A stretch of 64,000 bases of DNA, from NCBI GenBank assembly GCA_046349995.1, contig JAXMBE010000046.1:2810-66809 (forward strand), read 5' to 3'. Source of the stretch: Isosphaeraceae bacterium. Its GTDB lineage: Bacteria > Planctomycetota > Planctomycetia > Isosphaerales > Isosphaeraceae. How positions within the stretch are numbered: the stretch's first letter is position 1; each line of letters starts with the position of its first letter. Made by a program: the position numbers and the translations under genes. The notes under the pieces were generated by a model. That model worked only from the letters and a program-made list of their open reading frames with translations. It did no database searches and was not told the DNA's origin. Below, piece after piece: positions 20,883 to 31,013 of the stretch.

Positions 20883-21920
20883 ATGTCACGATCCCACAGC
20901 AAGGCGAGGAGATTTCAGGTCGAGGTCCTGGAGCGGCGCAGCCTGATGGCCGGTGCAGGCTCCGGGGGCGATACCACAACAACAACAACGAGCACGAGCA
21001 CCAGCGAGACCACACAGATCGCGGCGGACGTGTCGATCTCGTACGGCCAGGTCCGTCTCCAGAGTCTCCCGTCGGAGGGATCGGCCACGGCCACCGTCGA
21101 GTACGGCGACGGCAGCCTCCCCGTCGTCGTCACCCCGAACCCTGACGGCCAGTTCGTCTTCGACCACCTCTACGCCGGTGTCGGTACCTACGACGTACGG
21201 GTCACGCAACAGGTCGTCACCACCCAGATCACGATCACGGTCGCGGACATCATGGCGGGCGACTTCGTCATCGGCCGGAACACGAATACCAACACCAACA
21301 CGAACACCGACACGCTCACGACGACGACCCGGGTCATCATCGGTCCCGCCCCCCTGACGGTCACCGCGAATGACGCGATCAGGACCTGGGGCGACCCGAA
21401 TCCGGAGTTCTCGGCGACCTATCAGGGCTTCGCGCCCGGTGAGGACGCCTCCATCCTTCAGGGCCAGCTCCACTTCACGACCTCGGCCACGGCCGCGTCG
21501 CTCCCCGGCCGCTACGCGGTGGTCGCGGAGGGGCTCGCGTCGCCCAATTACTCGATCGACTTCCGGGCCGGGACGCTGACGGTTCGGCCCTCGTCGGTCC
21601 ACGTCGTGCGCTACGTGTGCACCTCGACCGGCATCTCAATCACTTTCTCCGGGCCCATCGATCCCGACGAGATGAGCTACAGCCTCAGGGGCCTCCGCTG
21701 CCGCCGGCCGGTCGCGCTGGGAGCGCGGACGTTCGAGGCCGCCACCTCCGAGGGGGCCCTCCGCCTGCGGCGCGACTCCGCCCGGCTCGACACGAGCCGC
21801 CACTCCTACGTCCTGAGGCTCGGCGGGCAGGTCGAGGAGCGGCTCCTCCTGGATCGGGCCCATACGCTCCAGCCGTCCGCCCGGCCGGCGCATCTGGCAT
21901 GGCTCCGGCCCTCCAGGTGA
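20883..21920 (+). CDS. Extracellular protein with LEPR-XLL-type N-terminus and MBG-like domain
   Basis: RRFQVEVLERRSLMA; PKD-like YGDG..HLYAGVGTYDV; APLTVTANDAIRTWGDPNP..GTLTV; Thr-rich and Asn-Thr repeats. Confidence 0.8.
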   Translation: MSRSHSKARRFQVEVLERRSLMAGAGSGGDTTTTTTSTSTSETTQIAADVSISYGQVRLQSLPSEGSATATVEYGDGSLPVVVTPNPDGQFVFDHLYAGVGTYDVRVTQQVVTTQITITVADIMAGDFVIGRNTNTNTNTNTDTLTTTTRVIIGPAPLTVTANDAIRTWGDPNPEFSATYQGFAPGEDASILQGQLHFTTSATAASLPGRYAVVAEGLASPNYSIDFRAGTLTVRPSSVHVVRYVCTSTGISITFSGPIDPDEMSYSLRGLRCRRPVALGARTFEAATSEGALRLRRDSARLDTSRHSYVLRLGGQVEERLLLDRAHTLQPSARPAHLAWLRPSR

Positions 21921-22201
21921 ATCGGAGGGAACGCATACGGGGAACGGACAGATCGAGGGGGGCTCGATCGGAACGCACAGGCCGCGCCGGGGCGGGGGGC
22001 GTGAGCCGTCGACCGCGATCGCCGGCAGGAACGAGTACTTCACAAGTTCGCCCGGCCGGGTCAGGGCCGCTGGCCGGGCGAACTCGTGTTGCCTTGGACC
22101 GCGAGGCTGCCTTAGCCTAGATCGAACGTGAGGAACGGTCCCGCCCTGGCACCTCGGCCATCCGAGCCCGCCTCTCGTCGTACTTCCCGCCACACGGAAC
22201 G

Positions 22202-22741
22202 GTGGTCTCGCTCCCGATGATTCGCTACTTTCTGGTCCTGGCCGTCACCGGGACCTCGCTCCTTGTTGCGAGTTTCGTGCTCGGGCTCCTGGCCTCCGGG
22301 CAGGACCCGACCTGGCGGGGGGTCCACGTCCTGTTCTCGCTCCTGACCGTGGTCTGCCTGCTGGGCATCCATTCGATCGTGTACACCTATTTCATGGCCA
22401 CGGGGAAATGGGCCAAGGAGGTCGTCCGGGTCTACCAGCTCCCCGACTGGTTCGTGGCGCATGCGACCCGCAACAAGCGGCGGGCCTTCCGGTTCGTCAT
22501 GATGTCCATGACGGCGATCGCGATCACCGCCTGGCTGGGCGCCGCTGCCCACGCGCGGTCGCTGGACTATGCCCCCTGGCACCTCGGCGTGGCGGCGCTC
22601 ACCATCGCCTTCAACCTCGGCTCGTTCGCGGTCGAGTACGCGGGGATCGTGGCCCACGCGCGGCTCCTGCTGGAGCTGAAGGCGCAGGCGGACAGGCTCC
22701 GCGAGGCTCGCTACGGTACCACCGCGACGGCCGAAGCCTGA
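22202..22741 (+). CDS. Hypothetical 4-TM membrane protein
   Basis: Four hydrophobic segments; HSIVYTYFMATGKWAKE; co-oriented just upstream of the MFS gene. Confidence 0.75.
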   Translation: MVSLPMIRYFLVLAVTGTSLLVASFVLGLLASGQDPTWRGVHVLFSLLTVVCLLGIHSIVYTYFMATGKWAKEVVRVYQLPDWFVAHATRNKRRAFRFVMMSMTAIAITAWLGAAAHARSLDYAPWHLGVAALTIAFNLGSFAVEYAGIVAHARLLLELKAQADRLREARYGTTATAEA

Positions 22742-22787
22742 GTCGGCCCGCCCGCGCCACGATGACCTGGAAGGATCGCCCCCGAAG

Positions 22788-24032
22788 ATGTCGCCGCTCG
22801 GTGTCGTAGTCCTGATCGTGCTGATCGACCTGCTCGGCTTCACGATCGTCATGCCGCTCCTGGCCCCGTTCGCCGAGCAGTACGGCTTCCGCGAGTGGCA
22901 GATCGGCCTCCTCTTCGCCGCCTATCCCCTCTGTCAACTGATCGCCGGCCCGATCCTCGGCCGGCTCAGCGACCGATACGGCCGCAGGCCGCTCCTGATC
23001 GCCAGCCAGGCGGGGACGGCGATCTCCTTCCTGATCCTCGGCCTGTCGCGGAACTTCACGGTGATGCTCCTGGCCCGGATGCTCGACGGGGCCTCCGGTG
23101 GGAACATCCTGGTCGCGCAGGCGTACGTCGCCGACGTGACGACCCCCGAGAACCGCTCGAAGGGGATGGGGCTGATCGGCATGGCCTTCGGCCTCGGATT
23201 CGTCTTCGGCCCGCTGCTGGGCGGGCTGCTGGTCGGGCTGCCGATCGGCGACGCCTGGCGGCTGAGGCTCCCCTTCCTGCTGGCCGCGGGCTTCTCCACC
23301 CTGGCCTGGGTGCTCGTGCTGACCCACCTGCCGGAGTCGCTGCCCCCGGGCAACCGGCCGCGCGAGGCCGCCCGGGTGCTGAGCGTGCGTGGGCTGACGG
23401 ACACCATTCGCCTGCCGGGCATCGGCCCGCTCATCCTGATGGGCTCGCTGGCCGTGCTGGCCTTCGCCTGCCTGGAGGGGACGCTCTCGCTCTACCTCCG
23501 GCGGCGGTTCGGGTGGGACGCCCGCTCCGCCGCCTTCGCCTTCGCGGGCCTGGGCTTCCTGAGCGCCGCGGTGCAGGGGGGCCTGATCCGCCGCCTGGTC
23601 CCACGCTATGGTGAGCTACGTCTGATCGCCGTCGGCCTGGTCAGCGTGACCCTCGGCATCGGCTGGCTGGCCCTGGACTCGCGTGCCCTCGCGCTCGCCG
23701 GGACGCTGGTCCTGGTCGGCGTCGGCCAGGGCCTGGTCAGCCCTTCGATCAGCGGGCTCCTCTCGCGGATCACGCCCATGAACGAGCAGGGGGCCGTCTT
23801 CGGGACGTTCTCCTCGGCCCAGACGCTGGCCCGGATGATCAGCTACGCGGCCGCCAACGAGGTGCTCGGGTCGGTATCCACCGCCGCGCCCTACTGGTTC
23901 GGCTGCGCTGTCTACGTGCTCACCGGGATCGCGGCCGCTTCCTTCCTGCCAAGTCTCGCCGGACTGCTGCGCGAGCCCGAGTCCGACACGCGTCACCTAG
24001 CCGCCGCTCCGGCGGCCGGCGGGCGTGATTAA
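22788..24032 (+). CDS. MFS transporter, DHA1/TetA-like
   Basis: Motif A GRLSDRYGRRP; AYVADVT; GFVFGP. Confidence 0.93.
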   Translation: MSPLGVVVLIVLIDLLGFTIVMPLLAPFAEQYGFREWQIGLLFAAYPLCQLIAGPILGRLSDRYGRRPLLIASQAGTAISFLILGLSRNFTVMLLARMLDGASGGNILVAQAYVADVTTPENRSKGMGLIGMAFGLGFVFGPLLGGLLVGLPIGDAWRLRLPFLLAAGFSTLAWVLVLTHLPESLPPGNRPREAARVLSVRGLTDTIRLPGIGPLILMGSLAVLAFACLEGTLSLYLRRRFGWDARSAAFAFAGLGFLSAAVQGGLIRRLVPRYGELRLIAVGLVSVTLGIGWLALDSRALALAGTLVLVGVGQGLVSPSISGLLSRITPMNEQGAVFGTFSSAQTLARMISYAAANEVLGSVSTAAPYWFGCAVYVLTGIAAASFLPSLAGLLREPESDTRHLAAAPAAGGRD

Positions 24033-24061
24033 GCGGGTGCCATCCTGAATCGGGGCATGAT

Positions 24062-26497
24062 TCAGCCCGCCTCTCCGACGGGGAAGTCACGGTCGAGGAA
24101 GCCGCCGATCCAGCGCGGATCCGTGTAGCCGTAGCGGAGCATGACGCGCCGGACCTCGTCCGGGTGAGCCAGGAGGATCTGGACCGCCTCGACGAGCCCC
24201 TCCGGCCGTGCCTTCAGGAGCCGGTCGAGGAAGAACTTGCGGAACTCGACCCCCTCCGCGGTGGCGTCGCTGGTCATGAGCCGGACGAGCCGCCGGGCTC
24301 CCGGTTGCTCGTTGATCCCCTTGCGGCCGGCGACGATGCGGGCGGCCTCGAGCAGTCCCCTCGGATCGTCCCGGGCCCAGTCCAGGACGGCCTGATTGAG
24401 CGTCAGGCGATGGGCTCGCTTCAGGCCGTCGCCCCAGAACCGCCCCAGCGGCGGGACGTACTTGCGGACCCATTCCGGGGCGGCCGGCGGGGGCTTGCGG
24501 CTTCGGTCCGGGGCGTCGAGCAGGCGTTCCAGGGCCCAGGCCCGCGAGACCGCGACCGGGTCGGCGACCGTCGCCACCCGCAGACCCTCGAGTTGGGGCG
24601 GCTCCAGCGCGTACCAGGGCCGCATCGCGAAGAGCAGGCGCGAGAAGGCCGACGCCTTGGAATCCTGCGTCTGGAGCCAGACGTGGCCGAAGCGGTCGTA
24701 TTGCAGGGCATGCTTCTGGATGTCGCCGCCGAGCCGGATGTCGCTCCGGAGGGCTCCGAGGGTCTGCAACTCCTGGAAGGTCATCGGGTTGGTCAGGTCG
24801 TTTGGGAAATCGACCTCGGCATCGCGCGGGAATTCCCGGTTCAGCTCGTCGAGCACCGGGCCGTTGAAGCTGTCCCACCAGTAGGTCAGCTCGAAGCCCC
24901 GCCGCCAGGCGCCCGATGGCCCTCCCAGGAGGGCATTGTAGTAGGACAGCTCGAACGGATGCACGTGGATCAGCTCGTAGGCCGCGGGGGCCAGCACGCC
25001 CAGGCCGAGGGCCACGACCAGGGGCCCCGCGCGGACGCCGAGCAGCCGGGCGAGGTCCCTCCCTAGCGCCACGGTCCCCCAGCCGGCGAAGGCGGCCAGG
25101 AAGAAGAACGTGGGCAGGAAGAGCCGGACGCCGTCGTGGGCGGGCGTCGGCAGCATCCGGAGCACGGGGAACGTCAGGAAGTGGAGCAGGAAGTAGAGCG
25201 GTAGGCGGTCGCGGCGGAACTGTCCGAACGACCAGACCAGCCCGAGGACCGCGGCGGCCAGGATCGACAGGGGCACCGTGATCGCCATCAGCACCCAGGC
25301 GTTGTGCCAGGGGAGGGAGTACTCGTAGACCTGGCCGAAGTAGATGATCTGGATATCGGGGAGTGCCAGTTGCCGGTCATTGGTCAGCATGTAGTAGTGC
25401 GCGAGCCTGGGCAAGGTCTCGCGCCACCACGCGGGGTTCCCGAGCCATCCGACGACGGGCGCGAAGGCCAGGACGGCCGTCCCGATCTCCAGGGCCGGGC
25501 GCTCCGTGCCCCAGACCGGGCTGCGGGGGAAGATCAGGGCGAGGAGCCTGCGGACGACCCAGACCCCCAGGGGCACCGCCAGGATCCAGCCGGGAAGGTC
25601 GCTTTGCGGACGATCGACGAACAGGTCCGTCTGGCCGGGCAGCGGCAATTGCCGCTGGAGCGACTGGATCTCCAGGAACGCCAGGCCCAGGGGCAGGAGC
25701 ATCAGCCCCGAGGTGACGACCGCGTCGATCCAGTCGGCGCGACGGCTCCGCCGGAGGGCCGGCAGGAGGTGCCCCACGGCGAGCCAGGCGAACAGGGGGA
25801 CGATCACCCCGACGGCGGCCATCTTCTCGACGAACGCCAGCCCGAGGATGACCCCGACGAGCACCCGCCACGGGCGGGCCCCCGGCTCGTAGAGCCCCTT
25901 CCAGAACGCCAGCGTCGCCGCCACCCAGAGCAACAGCCCGGGGATGTCGGTGTCGATGAGATGGGCCTGGCCGTAGAGCCTCGGCAGGAGCAGCAGCGAC
26001 CCGGCCATGATCAGCCCGGTCGCGGCCCCGTAACGCCGGGCGAGGAAGTGGAACCCGATCGCAATCGTCAGGGCAAACTCGATCACCGAGGCCATCCGGC
26101 GCGACGGGATGTCCTTCATCCACGATCCGAAGGCCGCGTGGGCCGCCAGGTTGAGCTGCCCCGCGAGCGGTGGGTGGAAGTTGATCCCGAAGCGGCCGTA
26201 GGGCCAGTAATACAGCAGGGTGTCCGGCTCGAGCAGCCTGCCCAGATCCTCCGCCGAGCGGGCCCGACCGAGCTGCTCCCACCACTGGGCCGAGAAGACC
26301 TGGCTGTAGCGATAGGCCGGCTCATCCCAGGTCATCCCGATCTCCGCCGTGGTCGGCACGAGCGCGGCCAGGGCCGCGACCAGGACGAGCCCCGTCAGCG
26401 TCGCGATCCTCGAGGCACCCGGACCACGGGCCGGGGTGGCCGAAGTGCCGCCGGAGTCCGAGATGCTTCGATCACCCTGCTCCAGCGCCACCGCCAT
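24062..26497 (-). CDS. Glycosyltransferase family 39 / ArnT-like membrane protein
   Basis: TWDEP, HPPL, AHDGVRLFLP, ELSYYN..GFELTYW; many TMs. Confidence 0.85.
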   Translation of the reverse strand: MAVALEQGDRSISDSGGTSATPARGPGASRIATLTGLVLVAALAALVPTTAEIGMTWDEPAYRYSQVFSAQWWEQLGRARSAEDLGRLLEPDTLLYYWPYGRFGINFHPPLAGQLNLAAHAAFGSWMKDIPSRRMASVIEFALTIAIGFHFLARRYGAATGLIMAGSLLLLPRLYGQAHLIDTDIPGLLLWVAATLAFWKGLYEPGARPWRVLVGVILGLAFVEKMAAVGVIVPLFAWLAVGHLLPALRRSRRADWIDAVVTSGLMLLPLGLAFLEIQSLQRQLPLPGQTDLFVDRPQSDLPGWILAVPLGVWVVRRLLALIFPRSPVWGTERPALEIGTAVLAFAPVVGWLGNPAWWRETLPRLAHYYMLTNDRQLALPDIQIIYFGQVYEYSLPWHNAWVLMAITVPLSILAAAVLGLVWSFGQFRRDRLPLYFLLHFLTFPVLRMLPTPAHDGVRLFLPTFFFLAAFAGWGTVALGRDLARLLGVRAGPLVVALGLGVLAPAAYELIHVHPFELSYYNALLGGPSGAWRRGFELTYWWDSFNGPVLDELNREFPRDAEVDFPNDLTNPMTFQELQTLGALRSDIRLGGDIQKHALQYDRFGHVWLQTQDSKASAFSRLLFAMRPWYALEPPQLEGLRVATVADPVAVSRAWALERLLDAPDRSRKPPPAAPEWVRKYVPPLGRFWGDGLKRAHRLTLNQAVLDWARDDPRGLLEAARIVAGRKGINEQPGARRLVRLMTSDATAEGVEFRKFFLDRLLKARPEGLVEAVQILLAHPDEVRRVMLRYGYTDPRWIGGFLDRDFPVGEAG

Positions 26498-26672
26498 CTC
26501 GCCTCCTGCCCCTCGCCGACCAGGACACCGGACCGTGTCAGCCATCATAGGGCACGGCGCCGCCGGACGGGAGACGTCCGCGGCTCGCCGCTGCCCGACC
26601 GTGCAGGGGCGTGATCGTCCCGACCGACAGGGGACGACTCGGTCGACGAAGCGATCGCGCGTTCCGGTAGAG

Positions 26673-26709
26673 TTTCTTGATATGTCGGAATTTCTTGACG
26701 GAATCGGAA
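26673..26709. promoter_or_regulatory. Tandem direct repeat TTTCTTGA-N4/5-TCGGAA in a divergent promoter region
   Basis: TTTCTTGAtatgTCGGAA immediately followed by TTTCTTGAcggaaTCGGAA. Confidence 0.4.
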
Positions 26710-26899
26710 GGTCGGTACGTCATGTCCCTGGAAGGTGATGCCGGAAGCCTGGCAAGTTTTTCCGTTGCGGAAGTTGCAATCGACGGCCCGATCATTTACC
26801 CTACTCAGCGGGCATGCCTTTGAATTACCAACTTTGAGGCCGGGCGGCGTGTCGTTTGGAGACAGGCCGGCCGGCTGTCTTTTTCAAGGAGATGCACCT

Positions 26900-27322
26900 A
26901 TGAAGCGGCACTTCATGACCCTGATCCTCACCGGATTCGTGGGGTCGCTGGTCCTGGTCGGCAACGCGGAAGCGTGCCACAAGAAGAAGAAATGCACCTG
27001 CGCCCCGGCTCCTGTGTGCGCCCCGGCTCCCGCTCCCTGCGTGGTCGTCGAGCCCGCCCCGTGCCCCCCGCCGGCCCCGGTCTGCGAGCCCGCGCCGGCC
27101 TGTGCCCCGAAGAAGAAGTGCGGCCTGTTCGCCGGCCTGAAGGGCATGAAGCTCGGCTGCCACAAGAAGGCCGTCGTCTGTGCCGGTCCGGTCGTCGAGG
27201 CCCCCTGCAGCACCCCTGCCCCCTGCGGCGAGACGGTCGCCTACAGCGCTCCGGCGACCTACATCTACACCGGTACCATGACCGGCACCGTTACAGCCCC
27301 CCTGCCTTCGGTTCAGCACTGA
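26900..27322 (+). CDS. Secreted Cys/Pro-rich small protein
   Basis: AAGGAG RBS; signal peptide ending AEA; CHKKKKC, APAPVC repeats. Confidence 0.85.
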   Translation: MKRHFMTLILTGFVGSLVLVGNAEACHKKKKCTCAPAPVCAPAPAPCVVVEPAPCPPPAPVCEPAPACAPKKKCGLFAGLKGMKLGCHKKAVVCAGPVVEAPCSTPAPCGETVAYSAPATYIYTGTMTGTVTAPLPSVQH

Positions 27323-27406
27323 GCCGATCCCGCCTCTTCACCCTCCCTGATGATCGCATGTTCCCTTCATGCGTGACATCCTGACAGCATGCCCACGATG
27401 AGCCTG

Positions 27407-27443
27407 GTCGGGCGCGAGCCGCACGACACTCGCGTCCGGCCGG
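27407..27443. terminator. Hairpin between convergent genes
   Basis: GGTCGGGCGCGAG ... CTCGCGTCCGGCC imperfect inverted repeat. Confidence 0.45.
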
Positions 27444-27456
27444 ATCATGCTCATAC

Positions 27457-29151
27457 TCAAGGCCGGCCGTCAGCCGGAGCCGCCTGCCGCTGCACCTCGT
27501 CGTACGCGTAGATGAGGATCAGGGGCACGCCCAGTTTCGACACGGTAAACGCCGCCGTGGAATGCTCCACGAGGCGGCGATCGGTCGGCGACCATGCGCC
27601 CGGCCGGTTCTGGAGCATATACCAGGAGGGCTGGCCGGGATCGACCGGCCAGAGCTTCCTGGGCAGATCGCCCGTCTCGCGGAGATACAGCCAGGAGGTC
27701 GGGAAGGTCGCGAACCGGATCGACTGTCCGGGGCCGGTGTGCGCCTTCAGCCACTCCCGGGCCTCTCCTGTCAGCCCGTCCCAGTAGTACGTCGGCTCCA
27801 TCCCGAGCCGGACGGCCCCTGGGAGTCCGCCCACCAGCGGGCTGAAGTAGCTCAGCGGGACGGGCATCATGAGCGCGACGCTGAGCATCCCCTCAACCGC
27901 CGCCCCGGCGATCAGGGTCCGTGCTCGCGTGCCGATCCACTCCCGCCATCGCTCGGCCCCTAGGCCAGCGAGCATCGCCAGCACGCCGAAGGCGGGGAGG
28001 AAGAGACGCACCCCGTCGTGACCGGGCGTGTGGGGCAGGGCCCGCAATCCCATCAGGAGTAGCCAGTGCCCGACGATCAGCAGGGCCAGCGGCTCGGTCT
28101 TCCGGCGGATCAACGCCCGTGCCGCGCCCCCGACCGCCAGCAAAAGGAAGCCGACCGGCGTCACCAGCGCCGTCCAGACCAGGGTGTTGTACCAGGGGAG
28201 CGACTGGTTCGGCGTCTGGTAGATCGTCCCCAGGAAGAGCACCGGGATCGGGATCGTCTGACCCCTCGTCAGGTTCGATCTGAAGAATCGGACGAGCCCC
28301 GCGATCGGTTCGGTCCACCAGGGCGGATTGAGGAGCAGGAGCACCGCAAGGGCCAACGGGATGGCGACCAGGAGCACCCGAAATGCGCGGCGGTCGCGTT
28401 GCCAGGCGGTCCAGGCCAGGAAGGGCAAGGGGAGGAACCAGCCCGTCAACTTGGTTGCAAGCGCGCAGCCGAGGATCACGCCGAACGCCACGGTTGCCGG
28501 GCGGCGGATCGTCGCGGGTCGATCGACCGTGGGATCCCCGACGGCGGCGGCGAAGGCGACGATGGCCAGGACCCAGAGTGAGCTCAGGACCGCGTCGTAG
28601 GCGGCATAGTGCCCGTGCCCGAAGAGGTTGGGCTGGAGCAGCCAGGCCGCGGCCGCCGCGCCCGCCGGCCACGGCCCCCACCGCAGGGCGGTGAATGCGA
28701 AGAGCACGCCGGTGGTCAGGCTGAACAGGAGGATCGGCCCGAGCCGGGCGCGCGGCAGGACGGCCCAGGAGGGTGCCAGGACATCGCCGAGCAGGCCGAG
28801 GATGGCGTAGAACGGCGGATGCCCGTGCGGCTCCTCACGCGCGAATGGCCAGAAGTACGCGAGGACTTGGGTGTCGAAGAGCAGCTTCCCGCGCGAGTCG
28901 ATCTGCGACGGCTGCGGGGGAGGGGCGCCGACCTGCTGGACCAGCTCGAGGGCGGGGGGGCTCCAGCGGGCCGCGAACCCGGGCGGATCGGCGAGCGCCC
29001 GGAACCAGTCGCGGAGCCGGGCCTCGCGGCCGAGGGTATAGCCCTCGTCCCAGACGATCGCCAGCCTTGGCTCGGTCGCGAGCATGACGCCCAGGGTCGT
29101 CAGGCCCACGATCAGGCCGGCGATCGCGATTCGGCCGGGACTCGCGATCAT
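27457..29151 (-). CDS. Glycosyltransferase family 39 / ArnT-like protein, second paralog
   Basis: VWDEG, HGHPPFY, GHDGVRLFLP, LSYFS..GMEPTYYW. Confidence 0.85.
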   Translation of the reverse strand: MIASPGRIAIAGLIVGLTTLGVMLATEPRLAIVWDEGYTLGREARLRDWFRALADPPGFAARWSPPALELVQQVGAPPPQPSQIDSRGKLLFDTQVLAYFWPFAREEPHGHPPFYAILGLLGDVLAPSWAVLPRARLGPILLFSLTTGVLFAFTALRWGPWPAGAAAAAWLLQPNLFGHGHYAAYDAVLSSLWVLAIVAFAAAVGDPTVDRPATIRRPATVAFGVILGCALATKLTGWFLPLPFLAWTAWQRDRRAFRVLLVAIPLALAVLLLLNPPWWTEPIAGLVRFFRSNLTRGQTIPIPVLFLGTIYQTPNQSLPWYNTLVWTALVTPVGFLLLAVGGAARALIRRKTEPLALLIVGHWLLLMGLRALPHTPGHDGVRLFLPAFGVLAMLAGLGAERWREWIGTRARTLIAGAAVEGMLSVALMMPVPLSYFSPLVGGLPGAVRLGMEPTYYWDGLTGEAREWLKAHTGPGQSIRFATFPTSWLYLRETGDLPRKLWPVDPGQPSWYMLQNRPGAWSPTDRRLVEHSTAAFTVSKLGVPLILIYAYDEVQRQAAPADGRP

Positions 29152-29298
29152 GGATCGAGTCGGGACATCCGCGACCCCCCCGGGTGACTCATCCTCGGTC
29201 GGAGCGTCGGCCTGCCTCGCGGATCCTGGTTCATCGCCGCGAGGCAGCCCGGAGCAGGTCGGCAGGGGTGTGTCGATCGATGATCGACGTTGCGAGGA

Positions 29299-29808
29299 TC
29301 AGGCGGGGGCCGCCTGGAGTTCGAGACTCGCATGGACATCGGCGTCCTCGCCCTCGAAGGTCCGGATCAGGGCGACTTCCTGGCAGTTGGGGAACAACGG
29401 GCAGCGGACGCACTCGTTCCAGATCTTGTGGGGGAGCTCCGCCTTGTCGATCTGGTGATAGCCGCACCGCTCGAAGAAGTCGACCGAATAGGTCAGCGCG
29501 AAGACCGACCTGATCTCCAGCGCCCTCGCCTCTTCCCAGCAGGCTTCCACGAGGCGGCGCCCGATCCCCCGGCCGTGGGCCCCCTCGGCGACGGCCAGGC
29601 ACTTCAGCTCGGCCAGGTCCGCCCAGAACACATGCAGCGCGACGCACCCGATGACGCGATTCTCTTCGTCCACCGCGACCTGGAACTCGCGGATCGACTC
29701 GTACAGTTCGCCCAGCGACCTCCGGATCATCAGCTTCCGGTCGGCGAAGGTCCGAATCAGCTCATAAATTGCGGGTACGTCACCAACACGAGCGGGACGG
29801 ATGTTCAA
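29299..29808 (-). CDS. GNAT N-acetyltransferase (short ArgA-like amino-acid acetyltransferase)
   Basis: IRPARVGDV, LAELKCLAV, GRGIGRRLV, LPHKIWNEC..CP; TTG start inferred. Confidence 0.88.
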   Translation of the reverse strand: MNIRPARVGDVPAIYELIRTFADRKLMIRRSLGELYESIREFQVAVDEENRVIGCVALHVFWADLAELKCLAVAEGAHGRGIGRRLVEACWEEARALEIRSVFALTYSVDFFERCGYHQIDKAELPHKIWNECVRCPLFPNCQEVALIRTFEGEDADVHASLELQAAPA

Positions 29809-30001
29809 TCGAGGAACCTCCAGGTGCCGGCCCCGGGCCGGACAAGCTGACCAGACGGATTTCCCCAAGCCCGCGGCCGGAATTGACCTCGGGCACGCAC
29901 GACCAGCCTCTATTCTAGGTCAGGACGGCACGGAATCAAGAACGATCGCACGCGAGTTCGGCGGGCGATCGCCTGGTCCTGGCCGGGCCGGATCCGCGCA
30001 A

Positions 30002-30679
30002 TCAACGCGCGACGGAGGAGGGCGAGGCAGGGGGGGCCGACGACGCGGCGATCCGGCTGGGATCCGGGGCGTGGGCCGCGGAAGAAAGGGCCTTCTCCCG
30101 GAGGGGGAGGACGCGGCTGTTGTAGTAATCGACCATGTGGCGGTAGTCCGGCCCGTGGGTCACCTTCACCAGGCCGACGGTCCTGGCCACCTCCTCGGTC
30201 GCCTGCTCGAGCGTCCAGCCGCAATACTTCGTGCGGTAGGCGATCTGGACCATCGACGCCCGGTTCAGCCCGTGATGGCAGTGGAAGAAGACGGGGTAGT
30301 TCGCCGGGTCGGCCACGACGGCCGCGGCCTCGTCGAGCCGGTCGGCGAGCGTCTTGGGGTTCTCCTGGTCGCGGAGGTCCACGATCGGGATGTGGATCCA
30401 GCGGATGCCCAGTTCCCGGGCCAGGGCTCGCTCGCCGACGGAGAGCGGGTGGTCATCGGGATGGGCCAGGGCGAGGATCGTCCGGAGCTTGTAGTCGCGG
30501 GCGAGCCGCCGCATCGGCCAGTCCTTCTGCCAGCCGCCGCGGTAGATCTTGCCGGCCTCGACGACGGCAAACTCCCGGGGCAGGACGTAGTCGTAGCCGT
30601 GCCGCCAGAGCTGCTCGAGGCCGAAGAGGAGGAGCAGGGCCAGCAGACCACGGCGAAGCCAGAGACGATGGACAGTCAT
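30002..30679 (-). CDS. Dual-specificity/tyrosine phosphatase-like protein
   Basis: PVFFHCHHGLNRA (HCX5R); N-terminal TM. Confidence 0.85.
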   Translation of the reverse strand: MTVHRLWLRRGLLALLLLFGLEQLWRHGYDYVLPREFAVVEAGKIYRGGWQKDWPMRRLARDYKLRTILALAHPDDHPLSVGERALARELGIRWIHIPIVDLRDQENPKTLADRLDEAAAVVADPANYPVFFHCHHGLNRASMVQIAYRTKYCGWTLEQATEEVARTVGLVKVTHGPDYRHMVDYYNSRVLPLREKALSSAAHAPDPSRIAASSAPPASPSSVAR

Positions 30680-31013
30680 TCAGCCGCACTCCCCCATCTG
30701 ATCGGAACCGGGCTCGACGGCTTCGCCGGGAGGCGGTTCTGTGGGTGGCGGCATCGAGGGCGAAGGCGTCGGATCGTAGCAGGTCAGCGGCCGCCTCACA
30801 AGGCGGACCCAGGGACGACTCGCGGCTGCCGCCGTTGCCTAAGGAAGATCGGCCGGTCGGGGGGACTTGTCCAGGAAAACCGGGCGGCCGCGGGCCCCCG
30901 GTCGGACTGCCCAAATGGTGGAAACCTGCTATCCTGGAGCCGTCGCGGGAGCCTGCATGGAGCCCGAGCCCGACGACGCAGGTCGCGGTCGATCAAGGAG
31001 GGTCCGTCCGCTC

